From: Squalus acanthias
Taxonomy: Eukaryota
NCBI GenBank assembly: GCA_030390025.1
Contig: CM059431.1
Location: 150,910,001 to 150,974,000, forward strand
Reading direction: 5' to 3'
DNA: 64,000 nucleotides
Positions 37,290 to 50,394 of the stretch are shown here, in pieces; position 1 is the first letter of the stretch; each line of letters begins with the position of its first letter. The notes beneath the pieces were generated by a model, which was given only the letters and a program-made list of their open reading frames with translations, was not told the DNA's origin and made no database searches. Made by a program: the position numbers and the translations under genes.

Positions 37290-40200
37290 ATGTCTAACGA
37301 AGCTAATTGATTTTCTTTGAGGAGATAACTAACGTTGTCGTTAATCATGTTGCTATGGATGCTATTTACATGAATTACAGAAAGCATTGCCAAGGTTGCA
37401 CATAATAGACTGTTAACTAAGATGAGTTTGCATGGAATTGGAGGCAAACTTTTGGCTTGGATAGGGTATTGGTCAGGAGATCGAAGACAGAGAGTATGCT
37501 CAAATTGGCAGGATGTGACGAGTGGTGTCTACCTGGGATCGCTACGTAGCCTCAGCTTTTCAATATATTTATACATGACTTGGACGAAGGATAGAGAGCA
37601 ATATATCTAAGTTTGCTGACGATGCTAACTTAGGTCCCACAATAAATAATGCAGATGGAGGAGAAATTTGCAAGGGGTCATTGATAAATTAAGTGAGTGG
37701 GCAAAACTGTGGTAGATAGAGTATAACGTGGGAAAATGCGAAGTCATCCACTTTAGATCAAACAAAGGCAGATCAGAGTGTTTTCTAAATGGTGAGATGT
37801 TAGCAAGATAGCATCTGCAGATGATCAGATAGATTTAGTGGTCCAAATACCGAAATCACTAAAAGCTAGTGGACAGGTACAAAAAATAATTAAAAAGGCT
37901 AACGTAATGTTGGTTTTACCTCAAGAGGGCTGTAATACAAAGGGTGGTGGTTATGTTACAGCTGTAGAGAACTCCGGTAAACCCCATCTGGAGCACTGTG
38001 CGCAGTTCTGGGCACCGCACCTCAGGAAGGATATATTGGCCTTGGAGGGGGTGCAGCGCAGACTCACCAGAATGATACCAGGGCTAAAAGAATTAAGTTG
38101 CATTTAATGCAGAAGATTAAGGGTAGTTCTAAGTGAGGTGTTTAAGATGATCAACGAGTTGATAGGGTAACTAGAGAGATACTCTTCCCTCTGGTGGAGG
38201 GAGTCTAGAAGAAGGGGGTATAATCTTTAAATTAGAGCTAGGCCGTTCAGAGGTGATGTCAGGAAGCGGTTATAAGAACATAAGAACATAAGAAATAGGA
38301 GCAGGAGTAGGCCAATTGGCCCCTCGAGCCTGTTCCGCCATTCAATAAGATCATGGCTGATCTGATCCTAACCGCCAATTTACTATCACAGAACCATCTC
38401 CTGAATCTAACCGAATTGGACACACGAAATAGGAGCAGGATCAGGCTACACGGCCCCTGGGCCCGCTCCGCTACACACAGGGCCATGACCGATTCGAACC
38501 TAGACTCATGTCCAAATTCCTGCCCGCTCCCCGCAAAACTTAATTCCCTTTACTTCTAGGAAACTGTCTATTTCGGTTTTAAATTTATGCAATGATGTAG
38601 CTTCTACAGCTTTTTGGGGCAGCATATTCCATGGACCTACCACCCTCTGAGTGAAGTAGTTCCTCCTCATCTCAGTTTTGAAAGAGCAGCCCCTTATTCT
38701 AAGACTTTGCCCCCTAGTTCTAGTTTCACCCATCATCGGGAACATCCTCCCCGCATCCATCCGAACCAACCCCTTCACAATCTTATATGTTTCAATATGA
38801 TAGCCTCTCAATCTTCTGAACTCCAATGAGTAGAGTCCCAATCTACACAACCTCTCCTCATATGTCCATCAACTAAACCCGGGATTAACCGAGTGAATCT
38901 TCTTTGTAATGACTCGAGAGCAAGTATGTCTTTTATTAAGTATGGACACCAAAACTGTATGCAGTAATCCAGGTGCGTTCTCACTGATACCTTGTACAAC
39001 TGAAGCAATACCTCCCTATTATTATATTCTATCCCCCTAGCAATGAAAGCCGACATTCCATTGGCCGTCTTAATCACTTGCTGCACCTGCATACTAACCT
39101 TTTGAGTTTCGTGCACCAGGACCCCCAGATCCCGTTGTACTTCAGTACTTTCCAGTTTCTTTCCATTTAGATAATAACTTGCTCTACTATTTTTCCTGCC
39201 AAAGTGCATAACCTCACACTTTCCAGTATTGTATTCCATCTGCCAAATCTCTGCCAACTTGCTTAGCCTGTCTAAGTCCCCTTGCAGATTCTTTATGTCC
39301 TCCTCACTCAATGCTTTCCCTCCCATCTTAGTATCATCTGCAAACTTTGATATGTTACACTCGGTCCCCTCCACCAAATCGTTAATACAGATTGTAAAGA
39401 GTTGGGGACCCAGCACTGACCCCTGCGGAACAGCACTAGTTTCTGATTGCCAGTCTGAGAATGAACCATTTATCCCAACTCTCTGGTTTCTGTTAGATAG
39501 CCAATCCTCTATCCATGCCAGAATATTACCCCCAATCCCGTGATTTTTTTATTTTAATCAATAATCTTTTGAGTTGCACCTTGTCAAATGCCTTTTGGAA
39601 CTCTAAATACACCACACCACTGGTTGCCCTTTATCCACTCTGTATGTTACTTCCTCAAAGACCTCCAGCAAATTTGTCAAATATGACTTCCCCTTCGTAA
39701 AACCATGCTGACTTTGTCCTATTAAATTATGATTATCCAAATGTCCCGTTACTGTCTCCTTAATAAAGGACTCCAAAATTTTACCTACCAAAGATGTTAG
39801 GCTAACCGGTCTATAGTTTCCCGCCTTCTGTCTACTGCCCTTTTAAAATAAGGGTGTTTCATTAGCAGTTTTCCTGTCTGCCAGGATCTTTGCTGAGTCC
39901 AGGGAGTTTTGGAAGATTATCACCAATGCATCCACAATCCCTACCGCCACTTCCCTCAAGAACCTAGGATGTAAGCCATCAGGTCCAGGTGATTTATCCG
40001 CCTTGAGCCCATTATTTTACCGAGTACCACTTCCTTAGTGATTTTGATCGTGTTTAGCTCATCCCCCCCCCTATAGCCCCCTGTTTGTCCAGTGTTGGGA
40101 TATTCTTAGTGTCCTCTACTGTAAAGACTGATACAAAATATTCATTCAGTGTTTTTGCCATCTCCATATTTCCCTCCATTAATTACCCGGTCTCATCCTC

Positions 40201-42270
40201 TAAGGGAACAACATTTACTTTAGCCACCCTTTTTCTTTTTATATAACTATAAAAACTCTTACTATCTGTTTTTATATTTTTTGCTAATTTACATTCATAA
40301 TCTATCTTCCCTTTCTTAATCAATCTTTTTGTTATGTTTTGTTGTCTTTTAAAGTTTTCCCAATCCTCTATCCTCCCACTAGATTTGGCTACCTTATATG
40401 TCCTTGTTTTTAGTCGAATACTATCCTTAATTTCTTTACTTAGCCACGGATGATTTTCTTTTCTTTTACACCCTTTTCTTCTCACTGGAATTTTTTTTTT
40501 TGGAAGTTGTATAAAACATCCTTAAATGTACACCACTGATCATGTATCGTCTTACCCTTTAATCTATTTTCCCAATCTACTCCACTCAATTCCGCTCGCA
40601 TACCTTCCAAGTCTCCTTTATTCAAGCTTAGCACCCTTGTTTGAGATCCAAACTTCTCACCCTCTAATTGAATATGGAGTTCAACCATGTTATGGTCACT
40701 CATTCCAAGGGGATCCTTTATTATGACATTTTTAATTAATCCTGTCTCGTTACACAGGACCAGATCTTTGGTTGCTTGCCTTGGTCGGTTCAGTTACATA
40801 CTTCTCAAGAATCCCAACCCTAACACACTCAGTTAACTCATCCTCAAGGCAGCCCTGCCCAATTTGATTTGTCCATTTAATATGATAGTTAAAATCCCCC
40901 TTAATTATAGATGTTCCCTTATTACAAGCCTCAACTATTTCCTGATTGATACTCCGTCTAACAGAGTTCCAACTGTTCGGAGGCCTATAGACTACACCCA
41001 CTAGTGTTGTTGTGCCCTTATTATTCCTTATCTCCACCCAAACTGTTTCATTATCCTGATCTTTTCACCCAATATCATTTCTCTGTATTACAGTGATTCC
41101 TTCCTTTATTAACATAGCCACCCCACCTCCCCTTCCTTCCTGCCACTCCTTCCTGATCGTTAAATAATCTGGTATGTTTAATTCCCAGGCATTGTCACCC
41201 TGCAGCCATGTTTCTGTAATGGCCACAAGGTCATACCCATATGTAGTTATTTGTGCCATTAACTCGTCTATTTTGTTACGAATGCTACGTGCAGTCAGAT
41301 AGAGAACTTCCAAATATGTTTTGTGACACTTAGTTCCTGCTTTTGCCCTTTTTATTACTTTAAATTTTACTCAAAACCTTCTGCCCCTTCCTGACACACT
41401 CTGGATTTTAATTTCCCCACTGCTACCTAGGTCTATGACCTTCTCTGTTGTCATTTTTATTATTTGCTCTCTGGGAACCTCCCCCGCACTAGTTCGTTTA
41501 AAGACCTCTCTACAGCCCTAGTTATATGTTCCGCCAGGACTCTAGTCCCAGCACTGGCCACGTGAAGCCCGTCCCAACGGAACAGCTCCCTCCTGCCCCA
41601 GTACTTGTGCCAGTGTCCCAGGAAGCAAAACCCATTTCTCCTACACCAGTCTTTGAGCCACTCATTTAACTCTCTAATTTTATTTGTCCTAGCCAAATTC
41701 GCTCGTGGCTCAGGTAATAACCCAGAGATTATTCCCCTTGAGGTTCTGTTTTTTAATTTGACCCCTAGCTGCTCATACTTCTTTAACAGAACCGGCATCC
41801 TTGTCCTATCTACGTCGTTTGTACCAACATGGACCACGACAGATGGATCCACCCCCTCCCACTGCAAGTTTCTTTCCAGCCCAGAGGAGATCTCCTTAAC
41901 CCTGGCACCGCGCAGGCAACACAGCCTACGGGATTCTCGCTCTCGGTTGCAGAGAACTCTATCTGTCCCCCTAATAATACTGTCCCCTACCACTACAACA
42001 TTTCTATTTGCTACCCCCTCTTGAATGGCCCAAAGGTTAGTGCAAATCTGGAACTCTCTCTCCCAATAAGTAGTTGAGGGTAGTTGAGGTGAATTGACAA
42101 TTTAAAAAAAAACTGTTATTCATAGATTTTTGTTATGCAATGTTGTTAAGGTTTATGGAACGACGATGGATTCATGGAGTTAAGATACAGATCAGCCATG
42201 ATCTAATTGAATGGTGGAACAGGCTCGAGGGGATGAATGGTCTCCTCCTGTTCCTATGCTCCTATGTCTA
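37290..42270 (+). mobile_element. CR1 LINE host copy in two pieces (37290-38270 and 42033-42270), split by a younger CR1
   Basis: RT motifs (SKFADDA, HLEHCAQFWAPHLRKDI). GATGTCAGGAAGC breaks at ~38268 and continues as CAAAGGTTAGTGCAAATCTGGAACTC at ~42031, through to the tail. Confidence 0.78.
38272..42030 (-). mobile_element. CR1 LINE, relatively young copy with ORF1 SGNH-esterase domain and disrupted ORF2
   Basis: ORF 41460-41993 (VGDSII..HVGTND..DGLH), 41065-41313 (VAITETWL), 40750-41037 (YRPP, GDFN), 38808-39416 (FADDTK). Tail at 38272-38292. Confidence 0.95.
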
Positions 42271-42490
42271 TAGAGTGAGAGAGAGAAACAGAGAGAGTTT
42301 GAAAGTGGGAGAGAGAAAAAGAGAGGGAGAGAGACAAAAACAGTGAGAGAGACAAAGAGTGAGAGAGAGAGAAAGAGTGGGAGAGCGAAAGTGGGAGAGA
42401 GAGAAACGAAAGGAGGGAAAGAGATGGAGAGATTGAAAAGGGGGGGAGAGAGAGAATGCGAGTAAGAATGAGAGAGAATGCGGAAGAGGG
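42271..42490. repeat. GA-rich purine simple repeat
   Basis: (GA)n-like low-complexity tract. Confidence 0.9.
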
Positions 42491-42494
42491 AGCC

Positions 42495-42820
42495 GTATCT
42501 TTCTTAATGAAGATTTATCCTGTCCCTCAATTTTTTTCCATAATTTTCCCAACACCGTGGTTAGGATGACTGGCGTATAATTACTCGTTCTATCCCTTTG
42601 TCCCTTTTTAAACAAGGGTACCGCATTAGCAGTCCTCCGGCACCACTCCTGAATCCAGAGAGGTTTGAAAAATGATGGTCAGGATTCTCTGCTATTTCCT
42701 CTTTTGTTTCGCTTAACAACCTGGGATAAATTTCATCCGGGCCTGGGGATTTGTCCACTTTTACAGCTGCTAAACCCTTAATAATTCCTCTCTCACTATG
42801 TTTATTTTATCTACTATATC
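42495..42820 (-). mobile_element. CR1 ORF2 internal fragment
   Basis: ORF 42561-42758 DKSPGPDEIYPRLL. Similar to 52440-52700. Confidence 0.8.
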
Positions 42821-42839
42821 GAATAAGTAAGGAGTCTGA

Positions 42840-43340
42840 TGTAATACTCTCCACTTGCCTGGATGAGTGCAGCTCCAACAACACTCAAGAAGATCGACAC
42901 CATCCAGGACAAAGCAGTCGGCTTGATTGACACCCAATCCAGCACATTAAACATTCACTCCCTCAACCGCCGGTGCAACACGGCTGCAGTGTGTACCCTC
43001 TGCAAGATGCACTGCATCACATCCCCAAGGTTTCTCCGACAGCAGCTCGCAAAGCCATGACCTCTACTAACTAGTATGCCGAGGGCAGCAGGCAAATGGG
43101 AACACCACCACCTACAATTTCCTCTCCAAGTAACACACCATCCTGCCTTGGAGAAACATCGTCGTCATCATCGCTGGGTCAAAGTGCTGGAACTCCCTCC
43201 CTAACTGCACTGTGAGAGTACCTTCACCACACAGACTGCAGCAGTTGAAGACGGCGGCTCACCACCACCTTCTCAAGAGCAATTATGGATGGGCAATAAA
43301 TGCTGGCTTTGCCAGCAACACCAAAATCCCAGGAACGAAT
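42840..43340 (+). mobile_element. 3' end of a non-LTR retrotransposon (CR1/Jockey-group, distinct family)
   Basis: ORF MSAAPTTLKKIDTIQDKA..HSLNRR..AVCTLCKMHC. 3' end GGGCAATAAATGCTGGC. Confidence 0.8.
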
Positions 43341-43573
43341 AAAGAAAATGAAACACGAGTATTCCAAGCTGATCTTTCTTGCTGTCTCAATAAAGCTCCT
43401 TAATATGTGTGACAATATTGCCACAACACCTGATTTTTGAAATATAATTTATTTTTAAATATTTGCTGAATACATTTTCAAACTTTGCAAGCAAAACTGA
43501 TTTTTGATAGGATATTTTCTAATGGCACTGTTTTCAAGTGAAAATTGGGTGTTGAGTTCATTGATAAATGCAA

Positions 43574-43645
43574 CGCCTGAACAGGGACTTGAAACCCTGA
43601 CCCTCAGTATAAAATTATGATGCGCTATTATTGGGTTTATTCAAA
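43574..43645 (-). pseudogene. tRNA-Lys(UUU) pseudogene, degenerate 5' half
   Basis: Minus strand ...TTTTATACTGAGGGTCAGGGTTTCAAGTCCCTGTTCAGGCG. Confidence 0.7.
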
Positions 43646-43664
43646 ATTAAACAGAGAATCAGGC

Positions 43665-43955
43665 TGCAGGGCTTCTCTTGCCGCTCCCTGCATCATCACC
43701 TCTGGTGTCCAATAAGGATCTATCCTTTGCCGGCTTCTTATTTCTCATCTACATGTTGTCCCTCGACGACATCATCCAAAAACACAATGTCAGTCTCCAC
43801 ATGGATGCTGACAGCACCCAGCTCTAAATCACCAGCACCTCTCTCCACCCCCTCCACGGTTTCTAAATTGTCAGCCTTCCAGTCCAGTACTGGATGAGCA
43901 GAAATTCTCTGCAAATAAATATTGGGAAGACCAAAGCCATTGTTATTGGTCCCCG
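43665..43955 (+). mobile_element. L2-type LINE RT fragment
   Basis: Decayed SGV.QGSIL..LFLIYML.L.DIIQKHNVSLHMDADSTQL (YADD region). Confidence 0.7.
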
Positions 43956-44050
43956 CCAGACGGGATGACTGCAGAATGAAATACAGAATGTGAACTATGT
44001 AATGTTCAATATCAGCCACTGAAAGTCGCTGTGCTGTGAAAAAAGCCCGA

Positions 44051-44116
44051 GCCCAGATTACTCAGTCGGTGAAACATCAGACAGTTAATGTGAGTGTTCA
44101 GGTCTTTGTTTGGGCG
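44051..44116 (+). pseudogene. tRNA-Lys(UUU) pseudogene with a T-arm deletion
   Basis: GCCCAGATTACTCAGTCGGTGAAACATCAGACAGTTAATGTGAG...TGTTTGGGCG, followed by CTGCTTTT. Confidence 0.7.
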
Positions 44117-44445
44117 CTGCTTTTAAATCAAAATTCTCAATTCCATCATTCAGGCAACCCCCTGAAACACAAACAGTTCATGCTGATCTCATTAAAGTAT
44201 TTAATAGATTTGTCACATTGGCGGTGCTGCAAGGAACATTGAACAGTAGTTTCGAGATGATCAATTTCTCCGTTCATGCAGCCCATGAAACACGAGCATT
44301 TCAAGCTTCCCGTCCCTCTTGTCTGAATAAAACTCATAAATATGTGTTGCATATTTGTTACAAGACATGAATTCTGAAATATATTACATTTCGTAGTATT
44401 TACTTAATATAGTTCAGAACCTGTTGTCTTCACTGATAAAAGCAT

Positions 44446-44518
44446 AGCCCGAACAGGGACTTGAACCCTGGACCCTCAGATTAAAATTCTGATGCTCTGC
44501 CGACTGAGCTATCCGGGC
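44446..44518 (-). tRNA. TRNAK-UUU: tRNA-Lys, anticodon UUU, near-intact variant
   Basis: GCCCGGATAGCTCAGTCGGCAGAGCATCAGAATTTTAATCTGAGGGTCCAGGGTTCAAGTCCCTGTTCGGGCT. Differs from the canonical vertebrate tRNA-Lys3 at three sites (D-loop T>C, C32>A, discriminator G73>T). TTTT terminator at 44438-44441. Confidence 0.85.
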
Positions 44519-44724
44519 TTATGTCGACAGGCAGCACAGCTTTCTGGACTCATCCCGTCTCTACAGCACATTTCTCTCACAAACTGACACTTCCCAAATA
44601 CCCTGCCCCACCACCACTATCTAGACGCTCTTTAATGTTTTGTGCTTTGTGGGGCTGCGTGAGTGAGAGTAAAAATCGTGAGCTAATTGCTACTTAAACG
44701 TTAGGGCAAATATGGGTTTTTTCT

Positions 44725-45275
44725 AACTCGTTTTATGGGATCTGGCCGTCGCTGGCAAGGCCATCATTTATTGCCCATCCATAGTTGCACTTGAGAAGGT
44801 GGTGGTGAGCCGCCTTCTTGAATCGCTGCAGTCCGTGCGGTGAAGGTTGTTCAGTAGGTTGTTCCAGTATTTTGCCCCAGCGACGATGAAGAATCGGCGA
44901 TATACTTCTAAATCAGGGTGCTGTATGACTTGGAGGGGAACTTGGAAGTGGTGGTGTTCCCATGCGTCTGCTGCCCTTGTCCTTCTAGGTGGAAGAGGTC
45001 GTGGCTTTGGGAGTTGCTGCCGAAAAAACCTTTGCGAGTGGCTGCAGTGCATCTTGTAGATGATACACACTGCTCCCACGGTGCGCCGGTGGTGGAGGGA
45101 GTGAATGTTTAACGTGATGGATGGATATGTCTATCAAACGGGCTGCTTTGTCCTGGATGGTATCGAGCTTCTTGAGTGTTGTTGGAGCTGCACTCATCCA
45201 GTCAAATGGAGAGTATTCCATTATACTCTTGACTTGTGCATAGCAGATGTTGGCAAGACTTTGGGGAGTCAGAAA
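44725..45275 (-). mobile_element. 3' end of the same LINE family as 42840-43340, inverted
   Basis: ORF 44985-45221 MEYSPFDWMSAAPTTLKKLDTIQDKAARLI. Confidence 0.8.
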
Positions 45276-45292
45276 TTGAGACTTAGAAGATA

Positions 45293-45333
45293 TTTTAATC
45301 TGAGGGTCCAGGGTTCAAGTCCCTGTTCCTGCG
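45293..45333 (+). pseudogene. tRNA-Lys(UUU) 3' half, 5' half lost next to the LINE
   Basis: TTTTAATCTGAGGGTCCAGGGTTCAAGTCCCTGTTC. Confidence 0.75.
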
Positions 45334-45693
45334 TTGTTTTAGCCAATGCAGACAACACATAAACTACACTTGAAAGCAGTGATTTTAGAAAATACCCGAT
45401 CAGAAGAATCAAGTTTGCTTGCATAGCTTTAAAATATATTAAGAAAATATTAGAATTATATGTGAAAATCAGTTGTTGTGACGAACATTCAGCAAATATT
45501 AATGAGTTCACATGAGACAGCAGGAAATAACAGATTGAAATGCTCGTTTATTGGGACTGCTTGAAGGTAAGAATTGATGATCTGGAAAATACCACTCAAT
45601 GAACCTTTAAGCACTGCAATTGTGACAAATGTTTAAAATATATTCGTGAGATCAGCATGAATGAAGGAGTAGAGAATTTTGGTTTAAAAGCTG

Positions 45694-45765
45694 CATCTAA
45701 ACAATCCTTGAACTCTGAACCGTCAGGTTAAAAGGCTGATACTTTACCGACTGAGCCATCCGGGC
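45694..45765 (-). pseudogene. tRNA-Lys(UUU) pseudogene
   Basis: GCCCGGATGGCTCAGTCGGTAAAGTATCAGCCTTTTAACCTGACGGTTCAGAGTTCAAGGATTGTTTAGATG. Acceptor stem broken. Confidence 0.72.
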
Positions 45766-45829
45766 TCTCACGTGCGTAAAGACATTAGGTCCCTATCTCT
45801 CAATGAGAAGTTTGTGTCATCCGTACAAT

Positions 45830-46750
45830 TGAGAACTCGATTGTTTCCTGGAATTAGAGACTAGTAGTTTGAGGAGAGATTGAGTGGATTGGTCCAATAG
45901 TCTCTGGAGGTTAGAAGAATGAGAGCTGATCTCATAGAAACATACAATATTCTGAGGGGGGTTGACAGGGAAGATGCTGAGGGGCTGTTTCCCCGGGTTT
46001 GAAGTCTAGAACTATGAGGCATCGTCTCAGAATCAGGGGTCGGCCATTTAAGAACATAAGAATCCAGGAACATAAGAAATAAGAGAAGAATTAGACCATA
46101 CGGCCCCTTGTGCCTGCTCCACCATTCAATAAGATCATGGCTGATCATCGACCTCAACTCCACTTTCCAGCCCGATCTCCATATCCCTTGATTCTCCAAG
46201 AGTCCAAAAGTCCATCTATCTCATCCGTAAATATACTCTAACACTCAGCATGCACAGCCCTCTGAGACAGAGAATTCCAAAGATTCAGATCCCACTGAGT
46301 GAAGAAATTCATCCTCCTCTCAGTCTTAAATGGCCTACCACTTATCCTGAGGCTACGCACCCCAGTGTTCGACACTCCAGCCGGGGCAAACAACCTCTCA
46401 CCATTTACCCTGTCGATCCCCTTCACAATCTTGTATGTTTCAATGAGATCATTCTTCTAAACTACAGGGATTAATGGCACTATCTATACAATCTCTCATC
46501 ATAGGACAGCCCTCTCATACCAGGAATCAATCTAGTGAACCTTCGTTCCCCTGCCTCCAAGGCAAGTATATCCTTCCTTAAAGGCGGACCAAAACTGTGC
46601 ACAGTACTCCAGGTGTGGTCTCACCAAGGCCCTGCACAATTGTTTTAAGACTTACTTGCTATTATACCCCAACCCCTTGTAATAAAGGCGAACATGCCAT
46701 TTGCCTACTTTATTGCTAGCTGTACCTGCATGTTAGCTTTCTGTGTTTCT
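45830..46750. mobile_element. Two abutting CR1 3' fragments (+ at ~45830-46050, - at ~46052-46750)
   Basis: ORF2 C-terminal motifs. Tail AAGAACATAAG at ~46050. ORF 46238-46426. Confidence 0.82.
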
Positions 46751-46754
46751 TGAC

Positions 46755-48975
46755 TGGTAAAGCTTCTATAGATATGTGAAGAGAAAAAAATTGGTGAAGT
46801 CAAGCATGGGTCCCTTGCAGTCAGAATCAGGGGAATATGTGGAGTTTGCACATTCTCCCCGTGTCTGCGTGGGATTCCTCCGGGTGCTCCGGTTTCCTCC
46901 CACAGTCCAAAAATGTGCGGGTTAGGTTGATTTGGCTATGATAAATTGACCCTTAGTGTTAGGGGGGGATTAAATATGTGGGGTTATGGGGATAGGATGG
47001 GATATGTTAGGGGGAATTAAATACGTGGGGTTACGTGGATAGGGTGGGATCGGTGCAGGCTCGATGTGGGGATTCTGTGTGAGAAAGCAGGGACAGGGTA
47101 CTGGAATTGGATGATCAGCCATGATCGTATTGAATGGTGGAGCAGGCTCGACGGGCCGAATGGCCTACTCCTGCTCCTAGTTTCTATGTTTCTATGTTTC
47201 CATATAATGGGGAACAAAGAAATGGCGGACCAATTAAATACATTCTTTCGTACTGTCTTCACAAAGGAGGACATAAATACACTCCCAGAGATGTCGGGGA
47301 ACATAGGGTCTAATGAGAGGGAGGAATTGAATGAAATCAGTATTTGCAGGGAAATGGTGTTAGGGAAATTAACGGGATTGAAGGCCAATAAATCCTCAGC
47401 GCCTGATAATCCACATCCTAGGGTACTTAAGGCAGTGGCCCTAGAAATAGTAGATGAATTGCTGGTCATCTTTCAAAATTCTACAGACTGTGGAATAGTT
47501 CCCATGGATTGGAGGGTAGCTAATGTAACCCCACTATTTAAAAAAGGTAGTAGAGAAAAAAACGGGGAATTATAGATCGGTAAGCCTGACATCGGTAGTG
47601 GGCAAAATGCTAGAGTCCATTATAAAAGATGCAATAGCGGAGCACTTGGAAAACTGTGACAGGATCGGACAAAATCAATATGATCTACAAAAGGGAAATC
47701 ATGCCTGATTAATCTACTGAATTTTTTGAGGATGTAACTGGTTGAATATATAAGGAAGAACCAGTGGATGTGGTGTATTTGGACTTTCAGAAGGCTTTCG
47801 ATAAGATCCTGCAGAAGAGATTAGCGTGTAAAGTTAAAGCACATGGGATTGGGGGTAAGGTACTGATTTGAATAGAGAACTAGTTGGCAGACAGGAAGCA
47901 AAGAGTTGGAATAAACGGGTCTTTTTCCGAGTGGCAGGCAGTGACTAGTGGGGTACCGCAGGGATCGGTGCTTGGATCCCAGCTATTCACAATATATATT
48001 AATGACCTAGACGAGGGAACTAGATGTAATATCTCTAAGTTTGCTGACGACACAAAGCTGGGTGGGCGTGTGTGCTGTGAGGAAGATGCAGAGAAACTCC
48101 AGTATGATTTGGACAGTTTGAGTGATTGGGCAGATGCATGGCAGATGCAGTATAATGTGGATAAATGCGAGGTTATCCACGTTGGTGGCAAAAACGGGAA
48201 GGCAGATTATTATCTGAACGGCAATAGATTGGGAAAATGGGAAGTGCAACGAGATCTGGGAGTCCTTGTGCACCAGTCGCTGAAGGTAAGCATGCAGGTG
48301 CAGCAGGCGGTTAAGAAGGCAAATGGTATGTTGGCCTTCATAGCGAGAGGTTTCGAGTACAGGAGCAGAGATGTCTTGCTGAAGTTCTACAAGGCCTTGG
48401 TGAGACCACACTTTTAGTATTGTGTGCAGTTTTGGTCGCCTTATCTGAGGAAGGATGTTCTTGCCATGGAGGGAGTGCAGCGAAGATTTACCAGACTGAT
48501 ACCTGGGATGGCAGGAGTGACGTATGAAGAGTGATGGGTTCGATTAGGCTTATATTCGCTAGAGTTTAGAAGAATGAGAGGGGATCTCATTGAAACTTAT
48601 AAAATTCTAACAGGACTAGACAGACTAGATGCAGGAAGGATGTTCCCGATAGTCGGGGGAGTCCAGAACCAGAGGTCACAGTTTAAGGATAAGGGGTAAG
48701 CCATTATTACTGAGATGAGGAGGAATTTCTTCACCCAGAGAGTGGTGAACCTATGGAATTCTTTACCACAGAAGGCAGTTAAGGCCAATTTATTAAATAT
48801 ATTCAAGAAGGAGATAGATATATTTCTTAAGGCCAAAGGGATCAAAGGAATTGGGGAGAAAGAAGGGACAGGGTACTGAATTTGGATGATCAGCCATGAT
48901 CTCATTAAATGGCAGAGCAGGCTCGAGGGGCGGAATGGCCTACTCCTCCTCCTATCTTATATGCTTCTATGCTTC
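46755..48975 (+). mobile_element. CR1 LINE ORF2 (linker, RT) plus 3' end, carrying a SINE/LINE-tail insertion at 46838-47201
   Basis: ORFs 47066-47575 and 47884-48417 (GVPQGSVLG..FADDTKLGG). Confidence 0.92.
46838..47065 (+). mobile_element. HE1/V-SINE-like element, 5'-truncated
   Basis: V-domain-type TGTGGAGTTTGCACATTCTCCCCGTGTCTGCGTGGG...CTCCGGTTTCCTCCCACAGTCCAAA. Confidence 0.85.
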
Positions 48976-49166
48976 TTTGCTTGTAGATGCTGGGGAAGGG
49001 TGGGTGAGAGTATTTATGAAGTGAAGCCTCTGGGAGGCAGTGAGAGTGGGTGTATGAGAGAAAATCCCTGGACAGAAGGGATTGCTGTAGCAGGAAATGC
49101 AGGATGTGAACGATGTAATGCTCCATGTCAGCCAGTGAAGGTTGCTGTGTTATACGAAGGGTGAGA

Positions 49167-49239
49167 TCCAAGATCGCTCAGGAGGTATAACATCAGACCT
49201 TTAATGTGAGAATCCAAGGTTCAAGTTCCTGTTTGGGCG
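49167..49239 (+). pseudogene. tRNA-Lys(UUU) pseudogene
   Basis: ..GATCGCTCAGGAGGTATAACATCAGACCTTTAATGTGAGAATCCAAGGTTCAAGTTCCTGTTTGGGCG, then ATGCTTTT. Confidence 0.7.
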
Positions 49240-50394
49240 ATGCTTTTACATCAAAATTCTTAATTTCATCTTCCATGCAACCCCTTAAAAACAAGCAATT
49301 CACGTGGATCCCATTAACACATCCTGATTATTTAAATAGAACTTATTTTCCAATAGCGGTGCTTTAAGGTACATTGAGCAGCATTTTCGAGATGATCAAT
49401 TCTTATTTTCATGCAGCCCCACGAAACAAGATTATTATAGAATCTTAGAGGGCACGGATTGAAGATGATTGCCAGTTTTTTTTACACAATGAGTTATTGT
49501 GATCTGGAATGACTGCTTGAAAGGGTAGAGGAAGTAGGTTCAATAGTAACATTCAAAAGTGAATGAAGTGCATTCCAGATCATAACAACTTACTGTGTAC
49601 AACAAGTTCTCCTCATCTCGCTGCTGGGTCTTTTGCCTATCACCTGACGTCTGTGTCCTCTGGTTACCGACCTATCGACCACTGGAAACAGTTTCTCCTT
49701 ATTTACTCTATCAAAACACCTCTTAATTTTGAACTTTGTGATTAATCATTTAACCTTCTCTGCTCGAAGGCGAGCAACCCCAATGTCTCTCGTCTCCCCA
49801 CATAGCTGAAGTGCCTCAATCCTGGTACCATTCCAGTAAATCTCCTCTGAAACCTAAATCCTTCCTAAAGTGTGGTGCCCAGAATTGGACACAATACTCC
49901 AGCTGGGGGCTAAGCAGTGTTTTTTAAAAGTTTGGCTTGTCTGCAAGATGTCTTTGCCAATAAAGACAAAGATCCCATATGCTGTTTTCTCATTTTTGCA
50001 CAGGGCTGCGTTTCAAGCTTTGCTTGCATCCTCCCCCACCCCCAAGCCCCGCCTTGTTCGTGTTTAGTCTTGCTCTCCCAGTTTCCAGTGCATGCTTTTG
50101 GAGAGATTTTCTAATGGGTCGGTTACTGACATGTTGTGCACATCTTTGCAGTTACATGAAGATTAGCAGTTAGCTCAAGAATATCAATGTTTCCTTTCAT
50201 TCACGGAGCCCCACAGAACAACACATTTTCCAGGATGTAGGTGGTGGCGGTGGTGCAGGGGCAGTCAGGGTATTTGTGAAGTGTGGGTGCGCAAGAGAAA
50301 CGCGCTGCACTGACGGGTTCAAGAGAGAAGGATGTCAACGATGTAATGTTCACTGTCGGCTTGTGAATGTCGCTGTGTTAGCTTCTATGAATGC

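Noticed and set aside
44051..44116. Apparent anticodon switch to GTT (Asn) in a tRNA-Lys body
   Set aside because: The copy has a T-arm deletion and stem mismatches, so this is decay rather than a functional alloacceptor.
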